Assembly (NCBI RefSeq): GCF_000150275.1
Contig: NW_002060946.1
Location: forward strand, 6,238,597 to 6,302,596
Length of the DNA: 64,000 nucleotides
DNA from: Trichoplax adhaerens
Taxonomy: Eukaryota; Animalia; Placozoa
Direction of reading: 5' to 3'
Every line of letters starts with the position of its first letter. Within the stretch, counting starts at the first letter, position 1. The position numbers and the translations under genes are program-made. Shown piece after piece: positions 1 through 22,414 of the stretch. The notes under the pieces are model-generated. The model was not told the DNA's origin, did not search any database, and worked only from the letters and a program-made list of their open reading frames with translations.

Positions 1-230
1 AACACCAGCTACATTAGCAACCCAAATGACTTTAAAATTAAGTTACGGATTACTTGAGTAAAGTTCTCCCTGTGATTATGCTCGTTGGTAATCTTAAAAT
101 TAAGTTATGAATTGCTAATGTTCTATTCATACTTTAGCTCTGTAGTAACTGTAGTTTGTAGTCATAACAGTGATGACCTTAACATTGTCTGCCAGTTCGT
201 CAACACTATAATTGTTGCTCACTAAGAACT
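1..230 (+). repeat. GST-cluster 3'-flank repeat (copy behind a probable further GST upstream of the window)
   Basis: AACACCAGCTAC..AGCAA..AAATGACTT..AAATTAAGT..GGATTACTTGAGTAAA..TGTGATTATGCTC recurs at ~4197, ~4326 and ~7083, each time downstream of a GST. Confidence 0.8.
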
Positions 231-449
231 CTGAAAGTGTGGTTTAAGAACATCTGTGTACGTAAATTAGTTAAAATTCCGATACGAACTATGACTTTAA
301 CAGATCATCTTAAAATTTTCGAGCACTATGTATGAAATCACGATAACTGTGCTTGGTAAAATTTAAATTTGTTTATCTACCATTTTTATCTATTGTTTAC
401 ACAATGACAATTGTTTTAACCCTTAGTAAATTTTTAATTAAAATTGTAG

Positions 450-548
450 ATTGTAAAGCTCTTTGTTGACAACTACCAATATTGGAAGTCGACGGTAAAA
501 TATTATGGCAAAGCAGCACAGTTACTACCTATCTTGCTCGAGAATTTG
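450..548 (+). pseudogene. Orphan, inactivated copy of GST exon 2
   Basis: Exactly 99 nt between AG (448-449) and GT (549-550), the same size as exon 2 of the three intact GSTs. Reads CKALC*QLPILEVDGKILWQSSTVTTYLAREF versus SKAPFGQLPMLEVDDKVLCQSDAIAVYLAREF. GGA>TGA stop at 467-469. No matching exon 1 or exons 3-5 seen nearby. Confidence 0.85.
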
Positions 549-1826
549 GTATGCTTCTACCTTGTACAATGCATTGCTATTCGTCTTACTGAGAAAAATA
601 CGACGTATAATATACTTTAATCGAATTCAGCATACCTTTTGAGTGTTATCAAAGTTTTGTTGTATTTTGGAATCTCTCTAATGAAGTTTTCCGTGTTGAT
701 GGATAGCTGCTAGTATATTACCTTTCGTAAAGTAAAGTAATATCTTTATGTGATTTTGTAACGGGTACTGTTACATAGCCAGTAAGAATACACGAGTAAA
801 TAAACAGCAATACATCGTGAAATCTAAACCGTAAGAGCGGACTAGATTACACGATCGCGTCGAGTTTAGAAACACAATGTAATCTAATTTACTGAGTGTA
901 GTGTACTAGAGAGAACAGTCATACTACACTTGAGCAAATTATAGATATAGAGAATTAAAATATTATAGATATAAAATTGTTTAAAGGTGAAAGATAAGTT
1001 AGACTGGAAACCATTACGAGAATTGTTGACGCTTTGTATGGAAATATCTGAAATGAGGTGTTCTATCGAACTATTCAAGTCCCTAACTGCTACACAGAGA
1101 CTTAGGAATACATTCTAAATCTTGATGAGATGCTCAAATAGCCTCGGTTCATATTTTAGGTTTTTGAATGTGCTACTTTGCATTTAAATCATATTTACCG
1201 TGTTCTACGACGAATGGTAGCGAAAATGCTTGAGACCTCGACTAAAGCACAAGCTAGCATACTATAATGCTCAAGAGAGTGAACAACACAACCAGATTAT
1301 GAATTTATGCTCTCCGGTTTGCAGGAGCAGCAGATTATTTATTGCTAAACGTAATCGATACAGTCAGCAGTGATAGTGTAGTAACAGTGTACCGCAGAGG
1401 ATATAAATAACAGTATGGCCGTTATAAAATTTACTTCACAGTAAAATAGTATTCAACATGGAAACGCTTGTCCAATACTTCTGACAACTCAAGTGTAATA
1501 AACTTTGATCGAAAATTTTATAGTACTGTACAGTACATTAATGCATGTCTGCATCATTTTAAACACAAATACTGAGGGTAAAAACTTTCATTATTAACTG
1601 AAATAAAGGAGTCGACTTATTTTTATTATGTTCATCAATTTAAACGGCATCACATTATCAGAGATCGTAAATGATTTGGCTATTTTCTTCCATATTGATT
1701 TGATGGTCGTACACTAGCGAAGGGCGTACTGTACAGTGTACAGTAGACGTTTATTTGCAGAGAACGGAATAGCCCCGCCCCTAGTAGAACGTCATAAGTC
1801 AACCCTAAAGATGCTCCAGTCACCTG

Positions 1827-1834
1827 TGACGTCA
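1827..1834. promoter_or_regulatory. CRE/ATF palindrome TGACGTCA upstream of GST copy 1
   Basis: Perfect TGACGTCA ~125 nt before the ATG, in context TGTGACGTCAGTG, which is shared with copy 2. Confidence 0.5.
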
Positions 1835-1872
1835 GTGTTTATAGCCTAATAAATTCACCATTAAATAGGTAA

Positions 1873-3704
<1,832 letters not shown>

Positions 3705-4194
3705 ACATGCAGAAAAGTTGCAGCGATTTTATTTTCCTTTAGATTGGTAATTAGTATTGCAATTCCTAACGTATATTGTAAGCGACTTCCCTAACTTATA
3801 GCTGATTGGTGCCAATATTCCCTTGTTTGTTCTGTGTGCCTTGTGATCTTTAAATCCCTTTCAATAAATTTGCTCGTATTAGAACTACCAGCTGCGTTAC
3901 TTATCTCTATATTACTGTAGGTACCAATGTACTGTGCGTCTTTGTATGCAGTATAATGGGATCGAATGGCTGAACATGATATTAGAAAATAATACAAGAC
4001 AGTTTTGGAAGGAATAGATATTAGACTTGACGCTATCGAGAAAATTGTTTATGCTGTAACGATTGAATGGAGTTATCAAATGATCATTGCTATAATAGTA
4101 TAATACAGTACAGTATATCTTACCCAGATTCTTAAATCCTTAAATGAACCTGGATACAGTATCAAGCTGAACATTTTAGGACAGTACTGTCGCA

Positions 4195-4600
4195 TAAACA
4201 CCAGCTACAGTAGCAATCTAAATGACTTGCAAATTAAGTGATGGATTACAGTACTTGAGTAAAAGCCCCCTGTGATTATGCTCCTGGTAACCTTAAAATA
4301 TTAAGTTATAAATTGCTAAGATGCTAACACCAGCTACTGTAGCAATCTAAATGACTTCAAAATTAAGTGATGGATTACAGTACTTGAGTAAAAGTCCCAT
4401 GTGATGATGCTCCTTGGTAACCTTAAAATATCAAGTTATAAATTGCTAATGTTCTATTCATACTTTAGCTCTGCAGTAACCATAAAATTAAATTATGGAT
4501 TGCTTAAGTTCAATCCAGGATTAAGCTCTGTGGTAACCGTTAACATTAGCTGTTAGTTCGTCAGCATTTTGTTGCTGACAGTAAATGTGATATCTAGTGC
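4195..4600 (+). repeat. GST-cluster 3'-flank repeat with internal ~130 bp tandem duplication
   Basis: Two successive copies beginning AACACCAGCTAC at ~4197 and ~4326; homologous to 1-230 and 7083-7345. Confidence 0.8.
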
Positions 4601-4736
4601 TAGTGTCTGCAGTGGCAGCCCTTGAGTTTTGGTTATCAACTTTTCCCTTAGTCATTGTCGGTGGTTTTCCAATGATGTCGTGTAGAGTACCGTACTGTAC
4701 ACTGTACAGTACTGTACTGTACTGTACTGTACTTTG

Positions 4737-4744
4737 TGACGTCA
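4737..4744. promoter_or_regulatory. CRE/ATF palindrome TGACGTCA upstream of GST copy 2
   Basis: Perfect TGACGTCA ~150 nt before the ATG, directly after a (CTGTA)n tract. Confidence 0.5.
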
Positions 4745-4823
4745 GTGTAGATAGCCCTAGTGATAGGTCAGACAAGAAAACTTCAAATACGTCATAACAA
4801 TTTCAAAATCTTCCCTGCTTTAA

Positions 4824-6576
<1,753 letters not shown>

Positions 6577-7082
6577 ATATACAGTAATGTTACAGCGACT
6601 TTGTTTTCCATTAGAATTGGTAATTCAGTGCAATTCCCAACTTGCAACCAATCTCCATAACTTGTATTTGATTGGTACCCTGGAAAATATTATATTATAC
6701 TTGAGCTGAGTGCAACATTCCTTTTGTATGTTATCTATGCTTTGTCGTTTTCAAATCCCTTTCAATAAAGTTGCCCATATTAAAGCATAATTACCAGCTA
6801 CATTTACATCTCTACAGCATATATAGGTAGCAATATAATGGGCATCGAGTGGCTGAATAGGATATTAAAAGATAGTACGAGACAGTTTTGGAAGGAATAG
6901 ATATTAGACTTGGCGCTGTCGAGAAAATTGTTTATGCTTAAACGATTGAGTGAATGGAGTTGTCAAATGATAATTGCTATAATAGTATAGTACAGTACTG
7001 TAAATCTTGACGAGGTTCTTGAATCCTCAAATGAACCCGGATACAGTATCAAGCTGAGCATTTTAGGGTGGTACTGGCGCAT

Positions 7083-7345
7083 AAACACCAGCTACCATCA
7101 GCAATCTAAATGACTTTAAAATTAAGTTATGGATTACTTGAGTAAAGGTCTGTGATTATGCTCGTTGATGACCTTAGAATTAAGTTCTGAATTGCTAATC
7201 TTCTATTCAGACCCTAGTTCTGTGGTAAGCATAAAATGAAACAATGGATTACTAGAGTTCAAAACACAGATAATGTTAAGCTCTGTGATAACCTTAACAT
7301 TATCTGTCTTTTTGTCAACATTGTAATTGTTGCTCACTACGAAAA
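7083..7345 (+). repeat. GST-cluster 3'-flank repeat
   Basis: Homologous to 1-230 and 4195-4600. Confidence 0.8.
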
Positions 7346-8489
7346 CGTGATTTCTAGGAAAAGATTAAAGCTGCAGGACAGCATACTGTATATCTGAGTG
7401 GACAGTAATTCATTCATTAATTAAAGTAAGGAGTACAGTATAGTGTACACAGTACATACGAGTATACGCAAATATATCGATGACACAAGACATAACAGCC
7501 AGTTTCAAATTTATCTTTATCTCAGCTTAGTTTCTCTAATCTTTTCAAAATTTCAAATACTGAACGCCATTGTCACAACCCTCACTTGTGGCAAAGGAAA
7601 GTAAAGAACTCTAGTGTAGTTACTTAAAACTTGGGCTATTTCTCCCAGTACTTTCAGTTTCTATGAGAGCAGTGTTTGAGAACTCGATTTCTCGGCTGAT
7701 CTCTACAGACAACTGACTAATTATTACACTATTCTTCACGATATGAGTCTTGCCATTTCTTGAGCAATTACTAACTTTATTCTACAAACACACGCGCTTA
7801 AATGGGCTTCTACAGTGAATTCCAATATTAACGGGTGAGAATTCATACTTTACAAGTTACATTAATTAGTATAATACCATTACTAAATATACGTACATGT
7901 CGATATTCTCAGACTTAGATGGCTGCAAGCTATCAGGTGTTAAGACGCTTAACCTTCGTCCATATACGGCTCAATTTTTAGAGATTAACACACCTTACAA
8001 ACCTACAGTAAATTAACTGTTAACAACTTCTATTTCTATCGCATTTCTACCATTCTATTATCAGCTACAAGCGCATTAAACATAGCACATAACCTTATCT
8101 TATCTATTCATAAGCATTCATTAATCAACAGTTGCTTAATTAGTAACGGCGTACCGCGACAGCCATACTTTTTCTTTTCCTCAATTTTATTTTAAAACCC
8201 TGTAATTAAATTAAATTAACACTAAATAATAGAGCCTCATTTTCAACTTTTGGCTAAGTAATTGACTCCTTGTCAGTGGTTCTTCGTCATAGTTTTATTT
8301 CATATGCCCAATTGCCCATGCGTACAGTACTAGAGTACGGTACGTCATGATCTTGATCTGTACAATCTGTACAGTACAGTACTGTACGTCATCTAAACAT
8401 GTGATCAGAAGCCCACACACACGCTACAGCACAAGCAACGAGCAAGAAAGAAACACATCTGTTTTTAGCGTTACCGAAGATCTTTGGAC

Positions 8490-11400
8490 ATGCCGAGCTA
8501 CAAATTGACTTACTTTAACAGCCGCGGACGTGGAGAAATCATTCGCTACTTGTTCGCTTTAAGTGATACTCCATATGAAGATCTTCGCTTGAGTTCTGAA
8601 GAATGGGCAAAGCAGAAAGCCGGTTAGAGTAATGATAATAAATAAATAAAAAAAAATGACTAGCACTCAGAGTGCGTACTGTACTGCACTTCTTTTCCAG
8701 CGTAGATGATAATATATATATATACAGTATACGAGTATATAATTTAGACTGTCCTCTCTTTCTGCTCCCCTTTCTCTTGTCAGTGCTGTACTACTACTGT
8801 ATCAACAATTGCGGTAGATTGGCGTTACTATTTTGCACATGGAAAGTTGAAATTTCATCAATTACCACATTTTTACTGAGTGTAAATCAGGCGTACGCCC
8901 AGTAAACACAAAGTCATAATCTGTGTGGCGAAGCGTGGTAAGCAAAGCTAGATTCGACTGTGCCCGTTTTACAACGGGTATTACGAAGCTAGTATATTTT
9001 AACAAAGGAGTCATGGACTCTTATCCGCTTTCGCTGCAAAACACTGATTTATATCAGTTTATTGGTTTAGTCGTTCTGTACAGTACAATGGACATGTTGT
9101 TCGATATGCCGTGTCTTGTAGTAGTTCGTTTTGCAAATCATTCTCGTACATCCCTGGTCATACTGTATATTAAAAAAGATTATAAGAATTCTATCAAGAA
9201 TAATCCAGCAAATCAGTTGCAGTATACACTTCAGCTTAAGTCAGGTCGATCATTTTCATGGTACTATTTTGCAAAATGAAAGATTATGCAATCGAAGGCT
9301 GGCTCATTCTAAATCGACCTTATACGAGTTGGTATGATCAGTGTCTCAGCAGATACACTATTATAGTAAGCAGTTGATCGTCAAAGCGTTTGCAAGGAAT
9401 AGAACTTTATTAAGACTTATAAATGCGAACTAATAAAGAATGACAGCTACAGTATCATGGAATATTCTAGAACTTATTAGTTAGTTATTATAATATACAT
9501 AGACTGAGTATTCTAGAAGATTCTATATGCATATGAAGTTCAAATACATGCGCATCTAAGACTGACCCTTACGAAGTCACTCTACTGATACTATGACAAT
9601 ATCAATGAGTAAGGAGACTCAATAGATCGTCATTTAGTGCAGTTATAAAATCAAGAAAGTACAGTATAAGAAATACTGTAAAAATTCATTTCGACTCATA
9701 TTACTGTTGATCTGTGCAGTTTCATTTGATCCTCATGAATCGTAACGCTAGCAAATATTTTAGTCTTTGTCTTTGCACCATTTTGGCGTGCTACATCAAC
9801 GCTGCATACCCATTAGCGTTCTGTACTTTTACTGTAATCTGTGCTTCTGTGTGCAATAAAAGGATTTTGACAAAATTGATACTTCTGTGGTTCTATGATG
9901 GCAGGCACTACCGTAGGGATGAAAGAGAGAGAGATAATGGAGATACTGTAATTAATTTTCATTTTCTTTTATTTCTTTGGTTACCAGATTTACCAACCTA
10001 CTGTGTCTGTATTTGTCTAAAACAGTACTCAAAACTCGGAAGTGCTAGCAGATAGTACACAGTACAGCACAGTATAAATATATATATATATATTGTCATA
10101 ATTAATTAATTATTGATTAATTAAATCGGTGCAGTCATGCGCAATTACATCGGTTATATACGAATGCTAAGCTGTAAACAAATGTCACTTTTTTTTGGAC
10201 TTCAGGTTCTAAAGCTCCCTTTGGACAACTGCCGATTCTAGAAGTTGATGGCAAAGTGTTATGCCAAAGTAATGCGATTGTCGCCTATCTTGCCAAAGAA
10301 TTCGGTATGTTATGCCATATGCATGCTGCATACTAGTGCATAGTACGCGTACAGTATATTAGAAGGAAATACTAACCTTCGTTGGTTGTCTGAGTAATTT
10401 GACTTTATCTGTTTGACAATGGTACTATGAAGCTAGTTCGATTAAATTATAGTTACTAGGATTATTTCAAACGTTTACCAGTTGAAACCTTTATGCATAG
10501 CGAAATGATATAAAACTAACAGTCGATTGAAGGTTTATGTTAATTGATTTAAATATACTGTATACTGTTTCTGAATTGGTGCGTCGTGGTAATCTATGAT
10601 CCTCCAATATTTCTCTAATACCATAACATGTATTCATTTAGTAAACTGCTGTTACTTTGAGTAGTATAACCAGCTATTACACCTTAAGTAAAGATCTAGC
10701 TGTAATCATTTGGTCGATATAGGCAAACTTAATGTAAGCCAAAGTTATCATACTCGTAGTTTAAATCAAACGCCTATTTTTCCGTCATACAGTACTTTGA
10801 TTAAATAACTCTGCTCTATAAGTATATAATATAATATCCAAGCAGTATACAGTAGATAACCAATATATGTAGTTTATGCAAATTATCCTATTTGTCTGAA
10901 TTTATCACTGTAAAGTAGTATTTATGTTATATATATACCGTATTGCAACTTGGGTACGGACGGTGTCTAGTAGTAGCTATTATAATTTGAACTTTAGCGC
11001 GTGTCTCTATTTATAACATAATACTTTATTCACTAAAGTTGGAAGATTGAGCTTATTGAAGATGTGATGAAACTGCTTAGGTAAAACACTACTAATACGT
11101 GGTATACATACTATCACCATATGTTAGGTTTTGCCGGTAAAACCAGTAATGATGTGTATAAGATCTATCTCGTTGAGGGAGCTGTTTCTGACTTGATAAC
11201 CAAGCTCGTTGCAGCTCACTTTGAAGCAGATGAAGCCATAAAGGTCAGTTATAATTATTAGAATGATAACATTATGCGATGTGGTATCCTATTATATTTC
11301 TTACTTTTTGGAAACTGTAACTTGCACGAGTAATTTATATTTATAATCACATTTTAGCGATATTTATCGCATTCCTTGTAATACTTTGATATCCTGTATA

Positions 11401-11930
11401 TGGGTAGCTCTAAGTGCGTGTGTAGTAATGTCAATGTTAAGAAATTAGGTATCCTAGTATCTAGTAGATATATTACGAATCTGATCTCGGATTTTTATTC
11501 CTTTGCTATCGTCATATGCATGCAGGCCGATAAGCAGAAGGAGCTGACTGAAAAATTTATACCGACATGGTTGGTTGCTGTTGAAAAAGTATTTCAGGAA
11601 GGTGGTACTAGTTATTTTGCTGGCGACTCAGTAAGTACGAAGCAGCCCTCGATTGTGCGCTGTAGCTGAAGTATATACAATTGTTGAATCCTTTTTTTGC
11701 AAGTGTACATATACAGTAGTGCACAATTGTTATAGCCTATTTCTAACGTTTTGCTTTGTTTACAGTTAACCGTTGGCGATTTATACTTCTTCTTTGCTGC
11801 TGAGTACCTTAAAGGAGCTAAAGAAGATGTCTTACAGAGTTTCCCTGGTTTGAATGGGTTGTTTGATCGTATTGCCAATAATCCCAAAATTAAGGAATGG
11901 AGAGAAAAGCGTCCTAAAACTGAATTCTAA
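8490..11930 (+). CDS. Glutathione S-transferase, sigma class, copy 3, ~205 aa
   Basis: Exons 8490-8622, 10206-10304, 11128-11243, 11526-11630, 11766-11930, the same sizes as copy 2. [42 protein letters not shown]-terminus WREKRPKTEF. Confidence 0.95.
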
Positions 11931-13219
11931 ATACGTAGCGGTGTAGTTGCAGTATTTCTCTGGAGAATTGATGTTTTCATGCAATATTTCCTAGTTATGC
12001 TTTGATCGATCTCCACTGCTGGTACTTTATTAGTACCCTGGATATACGCTTGCTATTTAAATTGGATTCAACATATCTTTTGCGTGTTAGCAATGCCTCA
12101 ATATCTTAGGGAAGTTATGCTAATAAAGTCACCTGTATGAAGGGATAATTACTAACTTTGTATGTTGTATTGCCGCTTGTGATTTTGGTAGGCTTTGTAG
12201 CGCATAGAGTAAATTAGTGGATGATTCATACATGCATTTGGATGTTAAATACCTTTAGGATAGGATTAAGTCACTCAAGTAATGCCCATATAATATCAGC
12301 TGTATTATAATACGAGCTCGTAGCTTCTTTATTTCATTTACCGGGTAAAAGCTAGCATGCTATAGTAACGGTAGCATAATGCTGCAACTTCTGTATACGT
12401 GTATGTCAGAAAATCAAAGGTATTTGGGATAGCATTGACAGACTTTAAGAAGAAATCTTGCAAAAAGTGATTGTTAAACGATGGCTATGTCGTAATACAT
12501 ATGAGTATACTGTAGATCGGTAAAATTGATTATGGTGAAGCTATTACTCTATATCTTATCCTGACAGCATCGAGGGTCAAACAAGCAATTACATAGCCGA
12601 TTTTATAGATATCATGGAAAAAAATAATGCTAAACGACGCAATTCGGTTTATGCGTCGCTGTCTACCACTGTGAAGTCAAGCGAGTTTGAAGTAGACGCA
12701 GCCTAGAAAGCTAGTACCGTAGTAAACTGCCGAAAAAAACAACGTACGATAGCAGTTGTGCATAGTGTAATGAAGACGTCATTATACTGTCTCTCGCGCC
12801 ACTTGCCACAAGTGATGCACACTACAGTACTGTATGTAATATATTGTACGTTAATACTGCATATCGAGATTATACATACTGTACTGTACATAAAACGCGC
12901 AGGTTGATTAAGTCTGATGTTTGGATAAAGTTCGTAGGTGTTGATTTACCGTTGACTAACTGTAAAGAAGCCTTTTTTTCCAAGGTCAGCAATACGTACG
13001 TACACTACGTGGTGTTCTTTATGGATGATGTAAATGTGTTTTAACTGCGCTATAGGAATACTTGTATTAAAGTAGAATACTAGTGTATCAGGTAAGGTCC
13101 TTGAATGGAGAAGCAAGCAACCCGAACCCGATAAAACCCGATCAAATTGTTGATTTTCGAACCCGAAATGAGTGCAATCGCTATACAAACACTCCCCCCC
13201 CCGAGCTCGAGTCCAGGTG

Positions 13220-13790
13220 TTGTACTGTACATTGTACTGTAGTGTAGTGTACTGTACTGTACAGTGTACTGTACTGTACATTGAAGTCCAGTCTTGTGAC
13301 AGTCGTGATGATCACAAATTGATTCACAGGAGTGTCCTGTCCAGTAACAATACTTCACAGTAAAGCCACACCAGTACGTTCTGTACTGTATCAGATTGTA
13401 CTTAACAGTCTACCCTATGGTAGGTTTTAGCGAAGTTAACGCTCTACTGTACTGTACTGTATGTTTTTTTCTCAACTCTATGATCCACCCACATCAGTAC
13501 CTACAATACTACTGTACAGTACTGTAGGTTTTTTCTCAACTGTATGATTAAACTAAATATTCTACCGTTGTTGAACTTTTCTGAAATCCATCACACGTGA
13601 CTGTCATACCGACATGCGCTGATTCTGTTTTCCCTCGATATCCCTGCTTCCGTCATACAGTACAGTACGGGACTGTACAGTACTTGTCGACAGAGTGTAC
13701 CGTAGCCTACCGGACTGTACACTGTACGGTACGGTACGGTACAGTACGACTGTGACTCATCCGTACAGTCGTCGTACTGTACAGTACGAC
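13220..13790. repeat. CTGTA/TACAG simple-repeat cluster upstream of ATP6V1A
   Basis: Multiple degenerate (CTGTA)n/(TACAG)n/(TACGG)n tracts, e.g. 13221-13280, 13445-13462, 13655-13790. Confidence 0.8.
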
Positions 13791-13989
13791 GACTGGAAAG
13801 TGAATGCTGCAGTTCAGCGTCCTTCTTCATACACAAGGTAGTGCTTCAAGCTGCTGAGCAACGCAGTCACCTTGATCTATGTTAGCATCAGGCCATTATA
13901 AACTCGACTACGTTACGTACGTAGCTGCACATTGCCCAGTGGGTCATTACGGTAGTCTATCTCTTCCAGAGGATTGAGGAGTTTGCAAC

Positions 13990-18457
<4,468 letters not shown>

Positions 18458-20253
18458 ACGGTGCAGCAAACTTAACAGACAAAAATGTCTATTTATAAAA
18501 TATATATATGAGGGCCACCGTGAATTATTTCACGCAGGTAGTTCCAATGTAAAGCTATTACAAGATCTTTAATCTGGTTTGATTTGCCAATCACAGGTTT
18601 TGTTGACCATAGTAGCGCTTTATCCAAGATAGAAGTAATAACGTTCCTGCGGCTATATGATAATTTTTCTTTCGGTAGTTTATAAATTTTATTAAACTAG
18701 CACATTTATATCGACTAATAGCATGCATTATGTGTCTAATGCCCGCAGTCTGTTTTAAGTCGTAGAAATTTATTTATCTAAACAAGATTAAATTCTATAA
18801 TTAGAAGCTGATTTTAACCTGGCATGTGTTTCATTCATTATATCTCATCTTATTACATTTTTAAAGTAATCTTTTGATGATATTGCTAATGGTAAATAAA
18901 TCAAATGTTTTGCGTCAATTCTTTGTATGGTGTCTAGAAACATTCTAATTTATTGATCTATTATCTGCTAAATGCGATCATAGTAAGGCGTAGAGAATTG
19001 TAGTGACAGCTGCATGCATACGTCGTGTACTGTACATACGAATATAGGCAATGTTATAATTCATATTGGTGCAAAGAAATTGACAAAGCGTGATTGGGCC
19101 AAGCCACTACCTTGAATGGCTATCAATATTAGCGTTAGCGCTACTTGCATCCTCATGTATTCTTTAAAAAATAAGGATAATCTATCGTGATATCCGATAA
19201 TTTACAGTGAAATCTCCTTAATTACTAGCCCAATATCAGGAATGAGTTTAAAAACGAAAAAATTTGGCGTAATGTTTTCATTTTTACAGTCACCGTACGT
19301 GAACAGATTAGATTTATACCGTAAATACTCATATGCTAGTACAGTATAGTGGGGAAAACAAAATAATTCTTTTGGACAGCACTATAATAATAACTAACAA
19401 GCGACTACAAGATGTTATCAGCTTACAGATTGCAAAATCTTGATTTCAAAAGCCAATGATAGCTAACTAGTGTATATATATATGTAATAAATGCATATGC
19501 TATTTATTATGTAATTTTATAATAAGAAAAGAATTTTGAATTCAAGAATTTATACACATTGTAAGTACGCGTATTCACTAATCGTACACATCGTAAGCAT
19601 TGACTTATTTTCACTATCTGTATGAAGTCAGATAGTAAATAGAATAAATTATCGTTTGATAATCATTTAATGTAATGGTAATAAGTTACTCATATTTAAA
19701 AATATATCTTCAATAATATTAGTACAGTTTCGAGAAATCCCTCTCTGATACAATGTGTGGTTATGTACAGCGACTAGCAAGCAGCAGAACTTTCACATCC
19801 AGATAATTATTGTTAATCCATAACTCAATTTGCAGGATTTTAAGGAAATTATTCGATATCAAAACTAATTTAATTTAAATTCGAGATTATTAGATCGTAA
19901 TCTACATTAGTACTATAATTAGTGCTTTGATACTGCTTGGTAATTTGATATACAATTACAACGATATACTATAGTAATTAACAACGTCCAAAACAAGTTT
20001 ACTTATTTACATGAGTTACGTATTTCATATATAACAACGTATTGGTAAAGTGATCACTGTAATATTGACGAGTCTCATAACAAACACCTTTAATATAGAT
20101 AATGTAATTTATCGAATTATGAAACAATATCCTTTACAGAAAATAAACTTGATGCTTTACAACGGCTCAATGCAGTATTCAATATTGCATCACATTTGCG
20201 CTGCTTTGTACAATCCAGAATGCACATAAACGTTTGAAAATTAAAGGCTGCAT

Positions 20254-22414
20254 TTATAAATACAACGAACCATCCTCTGGCTTTAAATAACCAATAGCAA
20301 TTAGAACAACATCTATTAGTGTCCAGACTCCTAGACCACCAAGACTAAACAATTTGCCTAGGCCTGTACGCCAATACCCTAAATAAAACCGATCAGCGCC
20401 AAAACCTCCCAAGGTAATACTGAAAGTTTCGGATCAATAGACAAAATGATATTAAATAACTTGTTTGGTACAAGTCTAATTAAAGGATATCGTGTAGTAG
20501 AATCAATAAGATTAGCTATTGGTAAGAGTTTATTGCAATGTTTTATTCATCATTATTTTATTATCATCAATGGTACAATATAAACTAGGTAGTAAGTGGC
20601 AATTAAACTAGAGGATTGATTAATGGTCTCGCTAGCGATACGCACCTAAGTATAACAGCTGTGCTCCAGTGATGTCCCGAAGTCCAATTACATTTAACAT
20701 TTTTTTGAAATGTTCTACTTCCTTCAAATTTAGTTTATTTAATTTATCCTTAGTAAAGTAGTGTCACCATTTGATGCCTATAGCGATCAAGTATTTATGA
20801 TATATTACCATGAAATACGACTATACGCGAGTACTTACCTAAGCAAAGAATACTATTATCGATGGTGCAGGTGGCAATATATGTTGAGGTACTTTTATTT
20901 CCGACAGCCTATTAATACAAGAACAACAATATCATTTATAGTTCGATTGAGAAGTAGTGCTCTTGGTAAAAGTAATGTATAAGGAGTATGCGATTCTTAC
21001 ACGGCAACTGAAGTTGCTAGAACATGTATAATTGGAAGATGGAAATTGATAGCAAAACGCACATTTCATTGATCGAATGAAATTATCATCTCCCTAAAAT
21101 AATTTATGATAAGATTAATTAATAAAAGACTAGCATTAGTTTTAACGCTGTCTGTAAAGCAAGATAATGCTATCATTACTATTATCCCAGTGAAAAATAA
21201 TATAGTATCGTTGGCGTGTAGTCATTGGTGATAGATTACTAAGTCTGGTGTACAAACAGAAAATACTTTGTTCAGGTCGTGTATCTGTAAGAATAGGTGA
21301 TATAGCGTCAGCAAGTTATTTTAAAAGTCCCTATTAGGACATCCCAAGGGTAAGTATATTCCATGGGCATAAAAGTATGCCTACATGTACTCTACTGTAC
21401 ACGTATGTTGCAGTAGGTTGATTTTTGGATGCTCCGAGATAGATCAGAGTGATTTTTAGAAGTAGAGTAAAAGGCCACAACAGTGTCTGTTACAGTAGGC
21501 TATCGGGCAATGCGATTTGTATCGACAATGTAGATCAAGTGAACTTACAGTTTTATAACATAATCATTCCAGCTAGCAAACTTTCAATTGGACTACTAGG
21601 AACTAGAAAGTCTTAACTTATGAACAAGTAGAACTCTTATTTGAATTCATGAGAACTTTCTACGTTATCACGATAGCGGAGTAATACCAGGCTGTAAGAA
21701 ACTATTGCCTTATAGTATGATGGATGGATTCATGTCAAACTGAAGCCATGAATAACCCATCTACTCGTACAGTAATTGAATGACTCATTGACGATTGAAA
21801 AAGTTTAACAAAAGCAGTCAACATTCTCTTCGGTAGAGTAGAGAGAATAAACAAGTTGAAATGACGATTGTAGCGATACTGTAGACTAGAGTAGTACATT
21901 GTCCGGCACAGTACAAGTCTTTCTCTATACGAGTATTTTAGTGTCTATCACTATCGTTCTCAGCCAATTGATCCGATCCATTGGACAGACTACTCTGGTG
22001 CATTATTAGCCGTTCTACAACGTCGTTAAGACGGCATTCGGAATTGAATCGATTGAGTGGGCAAGTAGATTAGATGATTCGTGATGGTAGTGTAATCAAT
22101 GTCCAATTACTCACTTTACAGTTGATGCCAGGTAAAGATGAACAATTGACAGTTAATTCTTCTCCATAAAAGCAGTTGTAGGTCATGTCACATTGCAAGC
22201 ATATAGCAGGTAATTGACTGCATTGCATCAGTGAATGACTACATTTATCTTCCCTATTTTGCGTTGAATTGGTCACCATCAAACTATCGGTCGACGTGGT
22301 AGAAGGTAGCAAAGTAGTAGAATCTGAATCTGTGGCTAAGGCTGAAGGCCTAGAGACAAAACCGATGATGATGACGACGATCCAACTGACCACTAATCTA
22401 TCCATTCCAGCCAT
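20254..22414 (-). CDS. TM2D3: TM2 domain-containing protein 3 (almondex-like), ~234 aa
   Basis: Exons 22414-22115, 21093-21001, 20908-20839, 20721-20646, 20419-20254. Signal peptide, Cys-rich ectodomain (CSQLPAICLQC, CAFCYQ), CNWTSGHHWSTAVILSITLGGFGADRFYLGYWRTGLGKLFSLGGLGVWTLIDV...PEDGSLYL. Confidence 0.93.

Noticed and set aside
467-469. In-frame TGA as possible selenocysteine
   Set aside because: It replaces a conserved Gly, not Cys; other conserved residues are also degraded and the remaining exons are absent.
8672-10055. ORFs of 68-118 aa inside GST copy 3 intron 1
   Set aside because: No motifs or splice support; consistent with random intronic ORFs.
12703-13836. ORFs upstream of ATP6V1A
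   Set aside because: Repeat-derived low-complexity translations.
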